A stretch of 63,435 nt of DNA, the filler included. It is 4 parts of 4 records of this genome, joined end to end, with 100 filler letters (N's around TTAATTAATTAA, not from the genome) between each part and the next. Parts side by side here need not be neighbours in the genome. Positions count along the whole stretch, not along the records: positions 57,179 to 63,435 come from SRR31156797_28146; 3 more parts are not named here. One strand, 5' to 3'. Below, piece after piece: positions 58,325-63,435 of the stretch. Numbering within the stretch: the first letter of the stretch is position 1; the number at the start of each line of letters is the position of its first letter. A model generated the notes under the pieces. The model was not told the DNA's origin, ran no database searches, and saw nothing but the letters and a program-made list of their open reading frames with translations. A program made the position numbers and the translations under genes.

Positions 58325-59394
58325 ACTAGCTCCTTATGGAGTAACTCACTTATAAGCTCTGTAGCATAACTTCCTTTTGGAAGTTCAAAATTGATCTCAT
58401 ACCAATTCTTCTCTTCATTAAATATTGCATCAATATTTGAAGGGAAGATCCATGCAAATCTTCGTGAACCTTGCTCATTTACATCTACTATATATTCTTT
58501 TTCATATAAAAGTGCATCATCTATTGCATGCTTTACTTTTTTTCCATTTAAGATCCCAGTTGGAACTCTATCTCTATTGAAAAACTTTTCTGCTTCTTCG
58601 TGTAACTCCTCAGCATAAAATATTCTTCCATATGGATAGTGTGAAAAAACATCCCCTTTTAAAACTTTAAAAGGGTGTTGTTGCTGTTTTAAGTTTTTAA
58701 TAGTTTCTATGTTAAATGGAACTTGAGACTCTATCTCTCTAGCTTCAAAGCTCTCTATCATTTTACTCAGTTTGATTCTACTTGATAACCATTGATTAAA
58801 AATATGAGATTGATACGCATTGATATACATTTGTCTGAGTTTTCTATCTCTTACTTTTAACTTTCCATCAAGTAAGTCTTTCCCTTTTTGGTAATTATCT
58901 TTTTCTATTCCAAATCTCTGAAATCCAAAATAATTAGGCATTCCAAATTTTTTAATCTCTTCTAAGGCAAAATCTAACTTTTTTTTATCCACATTTTGAA
59001 CTTGCTTTAAACGGATAAAAAACTTATTCCCTTTTAAGTGCCCTATTCTTATTTTATTATTATGGTACGTTTTTTCTAATATCTTAATCTGTGGATGTTC
59101 AAAACTATCCACTTTATCTTCAAAACTCTTATGGAGTGAAATATGCTGTACTGTCATGGCATTTTTGTCTTTTAATCCTGCATAGCCGATATCTCGAGAT
59201 TTACACCCAAGGTGATTTGATAAGATATTGACCATATCCCAAGTGGAGAGATCTTTTTTACGAATCAATAAAATAAGATGTTCTCCATCTCCACTAAACT
59301 CATATAAAGGAACCTCTGTCACTACAAAATCTTCTTTACTTTGTTTAAAAAACACATCGATTGGGCTATGATTTAAATAATATAATTTTTCCAT
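58321..59394 (-). CDS. truD: tRNA pseudouridine(13) synthase
   Basis: EDFVVTE, GYAGLKDK.A.T.Q, GHLKGN.F, PNYFG.QRFG, LPKGSYAT. Confidence 0.96.
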   Translation of the reverse strand: MEKLYYLNHSPIDVFFKQSKEDFVVTEVPLYEFSGDGEHLILLIRKKDLSTWDMVNILSNHLGCKSRDIGYAGLKDKNAMTVQHISLHKSFEDKVDSFEHPQIKILEKTYHNNKIRIGHLKGNKFFIRLKQVQNVDKKKLDFALEEIKKFGMPNYFGFQRFGIEKDNYQKGKDLLDGKLKVRDRKLRQMYINAYQSHIFNQWLSSRIKLSKMIESFEAREIESQVPFNIETIKNLKQQQHPFKVLKGDVFSHYPYGRIFYAEELHEEAEKFFNRDRVPTGILNGKKVKHAIDDALLYEKEYIVDVNEQGSRRFAWIFPSNIDAIFNEEKNWYEINFELPKGSYATELISELLHKELV

Positions 59395-60236
59395 TACTTC
59401 TTTCCAAAATGGTGGGGGTTACATGGAGATGAATATGTTCCCATTTTTGCCTCTGCAAAAAAGTTGATTTTCACTCCATAATATTTTGCAATATGCTGCA
59501 CTTTTTCTTTATCCTCTTTTTTTATTGAAAAAAGGATCTCATACTCTTCTCCACTACATCCCTTTTCTTTCGAGATAAGATCAAAAAACTCAAATCCTAT
59601 ATCATTGATACTACTTAATCTTTCCAGTTCAAAAAAGAGTCCATCAGAGATATCCATAGCACTTGTTACATACGTTGAGATATCATAAAAGAACTTGTTT
59701 TTTAATACAGGTCGTATAAACTTTGAATCAGCCCCTATTGACTTATTTTTAAGTAATGCTTCAAGATCTTTTTTTACACTACCTAACTCTCCTGTGTAAC
59801 ATAGTAGATCACCCTGCTTTAAGCCTTTTCTACAAATTGGATTTTTAGTATGAGAGATAATGGTAATAGAGATATCAAGTTTTACATTTGATATAGTATC
59901 TCCACCAATGATCTCTATCCCATACTCTTTTGCTACTTCATTAAAGCCATATGCTAGCTCTTCAAGTTCCTCTTTACTAAAATCACTAGGGATCGCAACA
60001 CTTAAAAGTGCATACTTTGGAATAGCATTCATCACAACAGCATCACTTATATTTACAAGCATCGCTTTTGCTGCAATTTGTTTTAAACTCATCCACTCTC
60101 TTTTAAAATGGACATTTTCAAAAAATGCATCCATACTATAGACCATCTCGCCAATAACAGCTCCATCATCCCCTATATATTTTGAGTCAACGAATTGTTT
60201 GATAAAATAACTTTCTTTATCGAATATTTTTTCCAT
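59394..60236 (-). CDS. thiL: Thiamine-monophosphate kinase
   Basis: IGDDGA, VHF, VNISD, GGDT, MDISDGL, GEEYE. Confidence 0.93.
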   Translation of the reverse strand: MEKIFDKESYFIKQFVDSKYIGDDGAVIGEMVYSMDAFFENVHFKREWMSLKQIAAKAMLVNISDAVVMNAIPKYALLSVAIPSDFSKEELEELAYGFNEVAKEYGIEIIGGDTISNVKLDISITIISHTKNPICRKGLKQGDLLCYTGELGSVKKDLEALLKNKSIGADSKFIRPVLKNKFFYDISTYVTSAMDISDGLFFELERLSSINDIGFEFFDLISKEKGCSGEEYEILFSIKKEDKEKVQHIAKYYGVKINFFAEAKMGTYSSPCNPHHFGKK

Positions 60237-60288
60237 AAAGGAGATTATAGCATTTAATAGATATAATATAGGCTATTTTTTTTTAAAG

Positions 60289-61569
60289 GTGAATTCGTTG
60301 GATTATTTAAAGGTTATTGGGAAAAACAAACTACAAGGAAGTGTAAAGATAAGCGGGGCAAAAAATGCAGCCTTACCCCTTTTAGCAGCTACTATACTTT
60401 CAAATAATAAAATCACTATTGATAATCTTCCTAATGTTGCAGATATAAATACTCTTTTAAATCTTTTAGAGATGTTAGGGTCTAGTTATTCTAACAATGA
60501 AACCTCTCTTGAGATCGACTCTACATCTATCAAAAGAACAAAAGCAACCTATGATATTGTAAAAACTATGCGTGCCTCTATCTTAGTACTTGGCCCTTTA
60601 CTTGCACGATTTGGGCATTGTGAAGTATCACTTCCTGGAGGATGTGCTATTGGACAGCGTCCTGTTGATCTTCATCTCAAAGCTCTTGAAGAGATGGGAG
60701 CAAAGATAGAGATAAAAAATGGATATATCCAAGCAACCACTGATGGCCCACTTATTGGAGCTAAGATCGTTTTTGATAAGATCACAGTCACTGGTACTGA
60801 AAATATTGTGATGGCAGCAGCCCTTGCACAGGGAACTACAACAATTATCAATGCAGCTAAAGAGCCTGAAGTGGTACAACTGTGTGAAGTACTAAAAGAT
60901 GCAGGAGTAAATATCAAAGGGATCGGTACTGATGAGATCATAGTAGAGGGGAGTGATCAAAAACTTCTTGATATGAAAGATTTTACAATTATTCCTGATA
61001 GAATTGAAGCGGGTACTTATCTATGTGCTGGAGCAATTACCAATTCAGTTTTGACTATTGAAAATGTACGGCCTGATCATTTAGAAGCAGTGATCTCAAA
61101 ACTTGAACATATGGGATTTATGTTTATGAGTGAGAAAAGTAGTATTACCATTTTACCTGCAAATAAAATTAAACCTGTTAATATAACAACCACAGAATAT
61201 CCAGGGTTCCCTACAGATATGCAAGCTCAGTTTATGGCATTAGCTACTATGGCTGATGGAGTAAGTATCATTGATGAAAAACTCTTTGAAAATCGATTTA
61301 TGCATGTGGCTGAGCTTATCCGTATGGGAGCTGATATCACTTTAAATGGTACAGTTGCAACTATAAAAGGAACCCCAAAAGCCCTTTTGGGAGCTGATGT
61401 GATGGCTACGGATCTTCGAGCAAGTAGTGCACTTGTACTTGCAGCACTTGTAGCTGAAGGGGAAACAAAAATTCATAGAATATATCATTTAGATAGAGGA
61501 TATAATAAACTAGAAGAAAAACTCACGAATCTAGGAGCATCTATTTCTAGAGGTAAGGAAAAAGCATGA
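60289..61569 (+). CDS. murA: UDP-N-acetylglucosamine 1-carboxyvinyltransferase
   Basis: [36 protein letters not shown]. Confidence 0.97.
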   Translation: MNSLDYLKVIGKNKLQGSVKISGAKNAALPLLAATILSNNKITIDNLPNVADINTLLNLLEMLGSSYSNNETSLEIDSTSIKRTKATYDIVKTMRASILVLGPLLARFGHCEVSLPGGCAIGQRPVDLHLKALEEMGAKIEIKNGYIQATTDGPLIGAKIVFDKITVTGTENIVMAAALAQGTTTIINAAKEPEVVQLCEVLKDAGVNIKGIGTDEIIVEGSDQKLLDMKDFTIIPDRIEAGTYLCAGAITNSVLTIENVRPDHLEAVISKLEHMGFMFMSEKSSITILPANKIKPVNITTTEYPGFPTDMQAQFMALATMADGVSIIDEKLFENRFMHVAELIRMGADITLNGTVATIKGTPKALLGADVMATDLRASSALVLAALVAEGETKIHRIYHLDRGYNKLEEKLTNLGASISRGKEKA

Positions 61570-62489
61570 AACATTTTTTAACACTAAAAGATTTTACAAA
61601 AAAGGAATTGCAAGAGATCTTAGATCTAGCAATCACTATAAAACAAGAAACAAAACAAAAAGTATTTAAAGAATACCTTCCAAAACAAACCTTAGGGATG
61701 GTCTTTGAAAAAAGCTCAACAAGAACTCGAGTAAGTTTCGAAACAGGTATCTATCAACTTGGTGGAGTTGGACTCTTTTTAAGTTCAAACGATATACAAC
61801 TAGGACGAGGTGAGCCTATTAGAGATACTGCACGTGTAATTAGTCGTATGGTTGATATGATCATGATACGAAACGATTCACAAGAGGAACTTGCAGAGTT
61901 TGCATCATACTCAAAAGTACCAGTTATCAATGGTCTTACAGATAAATACCACCCTGTTCAACTTATGGCTGATTATCTTACTATTATGGAATATGGATTA
62001 GATAAAGATCTTAAAGTTGCTTATGTGGGTGATGGAAATAATATGGCACACTCTTGGATGATGTTAGCTGCTGTTATGGGGTTTGAGCTTAGAATTGCAA
62101 CACCTAGAGGATATGAAGTAGATAAAGAGATCTATTTTGAAGCACTCCAACTTGCTAAAAAAAGTGGCGCTACGATCATCACTACAGATGATCCAAAAGA
62201 AGCGGTAAGAGATGCAACTGTTGTTACAAGTGATACATGGATATCAATGGGTCAAGAGAAAGAGAAAGAGAGACGAATCAAAGACTTTAGAGGCTTTAAA
62301 GTTGGCTCAAACCTTATGAAACTAGCTGATGCTAAAGCTCAATATATCCACTGTCTTCCAGCTTATAGAGGATATGAAGTGAGTGAAAAAGTATTTGAGC
62401 GATATGCAGATATTATCTTTGATGAAGCAGAAAATAGACTTCATGCACAAAAAGCTATTATGGTATGGCTTGATCAACATAGAGGATAA
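61566..62489 (+). CDS. argF: Ornithine carbamoyltransferase
   Basis: [30 protein letters not shown]. Confidence 0.97.
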   Translation: MKHFLTLKDFTKKELQEILDLAITIKQETKQKVFKEYLPKQTLGMVFEKSSTRTRVSFETGIYQLGGVGLFLSSNDIQLGRGEPIRDTARVISRMVDMIMIRNDSQEELAEFASYSKVPVINGLTDKYHPVQLMADYLTIMEYGLDKDLKVAYVGDGNNMAHSWMMLAAVMGFELRIATPRGYEVDKEIYFEALQLAKKSGATIITTDDPKEAVRDATVVTSDTWISMGQEKEKERRIKDFRGFKVGSNLMKLADAKAQYIHCLPAYRGYEVSEKVFERYADIIFDEAENRLHAQKAIMVWLDQHRG

Positions 62490-62491
62490 GA

Positions 62492-63435
62492 ATGGTTGAT
62501 TTTTCAAAATTTACAAAATACTCAAAACCTGGTCCTAGATATACAAGCTATCCAACAGCACCTGAATTTCATGAGAACTTTAAACAAGAGGATCTTATAA
62601 AGTTTTATAAAAATCAAAGTGATGAGAGACCGCTCTCTTTATATATCCATCTTCCCTTTTGCAGAAGTGCTTGTTATTTTTGTGGATGCAATGTTATCTT
62701 TACCTCTAAAGAGGATAAAAAAGTACGATATATCGAGTATCTAAAAAAAGAACTACAAATATTAAAACAACATCTTAATACCAATAGAATGGTCTCACAA
62801 ATGCACTTTGGTGGAGGAACTCCAACTTTTTTTAGTGCTGAGCAGTTAGATGAAGTGATCAAAGCAATTAAAGAGGTTTTTCCAAACTTTGAAAAAGATG
62901 CAGAGGTTTCATGTGAGGTTGATCCAAGATACTTTACTGCACAGCATATGGATGTATTAAAAGCTGGTGGATGTAATCGTCTAAGCTTTGGAGTGCAAGA
63001 CCTTGATCCAAAGGTTCAAGAAACAATTCATAGGATCCAGCCTTTTGAAACCACTGCAAATGTTGTAAAGATTGCACGTGAAGCTGGGATAAACTCAGTA
63101 AATATTGACCTTATCTATGGACTTCCTCATCAAACAAAAGAGAGTTTTGCTAAAACTATAAGAGAGATCATTACCCTTGATCCTGATAGACTTGCAGTAT
63201 TTAATTATGCTCATGTTCCTTGGATGATGAAGACTCAAAGAAAATTTGATGAAACAACCTTTGCACCTCCATCAACTAAACTAGAGATCTTACAAGATAC
63301 TATTGGATTCTTTACCTCAAACGGATATAAAATGGTAGGGATGGATCACTTTGCTAAACCTACAGATGAACTTTTCCAAGCAATAGAAAAAAGCGAACTT
63401 CATAGAAACTTCCAAGGATACACTACAAAAGGTGG
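62492..63435 (+). CDS. hemN: Oxygen-independent coproporphyrinogen III oxidase, 3' truncated (not in ORF track)
   Basis: MVDFSKFTKYSKPGPRYTSYPTA, YIHLPFCRSACYFCGC radical-SAM motif, HFGGGTP, GMDHFAKP, LHRNFQGYTT; open to the window end. Confidence 0.96.
   Translation, partial: MVDFSKFTKYSKPGPRYTSYPTAPEFHENFKQEDLIKFYKNQSDERPLSLYIHLPFCRSACYFCGCNVIFTSKEDKKVRYIEYLKKELQILKQHLNTNRMVSQMHFGGGTPTFFSAEQLDEVIKAIKEVFPNFEKDAEVSCEVDPRYFTAQHMDVLKAGGCNRLSFGVQDLDPKVQETIHRIQPFETTANVVKIAREAGINSVNIDLIYGLPHQTKESFAKTIREIITLDPDRLAVFNYAHVPWMMKTQRKFDETTFAPPSTKLEILQDTIGFFTSNGYKMVGMDHFAKPTDELFQAIEKSELHRNFQGYTTKG

Noticed and set aside
305-62862. Many short antisense or alternate-frame ORFs
   Set aside because: They are shadows of well-supported genes and show no recognisable motifs.
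58321-63435. truD-thiL / murA-argF-hemN block
   Set aside because: Ordinary housekeeping genes with canonical motifs.

Overview
The window is not one locus. It joins four assembly contigs with artificial 100-bp spacers (N44-TTAATTAATTAA-N44) at 10550-10649, 32465-32564 and 57079-57178. Contigs 1 (1-10549) and 2 (10650-32464) look like Bacteroidota/Bacteroidales (T9SS cargo proteins, TAnnTTTG promoters, shared intergenic repeat tracts). Contig 3 (32565-57078) looks like Desulfobacterota, inferred from gene content. Contig 4 (57179-63435) is AT-rich and Campylobacterota-like, mostly housekeeping (MCP, cheZ-like, truD, thiL, murA, argF, hemN). Most interesting: (a) a cytoplasmic group-2 [NiFe]-hydrogenase and maturation protease tightly coupled to a soluble PAS hybrid kinase (2xREC+Hpt) and a REC-GGEEF diguanylate cyclase, a candidate H2-to-c-di-GMP phosphorelay; (b) an ACP-free Bacteroidales cluster around a FabH-fold enzyme with catalytic His/Asn replaced by Thr/Tyr, plus a likely NAD-type reductase, CoA ligase, Na+ symporter, lipoprotein, outer-membrane barrel and exported hydrolase, possibly an undescribed acyl-ester uptake and catabolism pathway; (c) a divergent class III nucleotidyl cyclase next to a membrane-anchored protein; (d) a sigma54-type unit with a signal-less gingipain-like C25 protease and a secreted trypsin/FG-GAP protease; (e) an MCP whose CZB-like domain seems to have lost all Zn ligands; (f) a decayed RelE/ParE toxin and a probable degenerate attC cassette. 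All calls come from motif reading; no database search was run.
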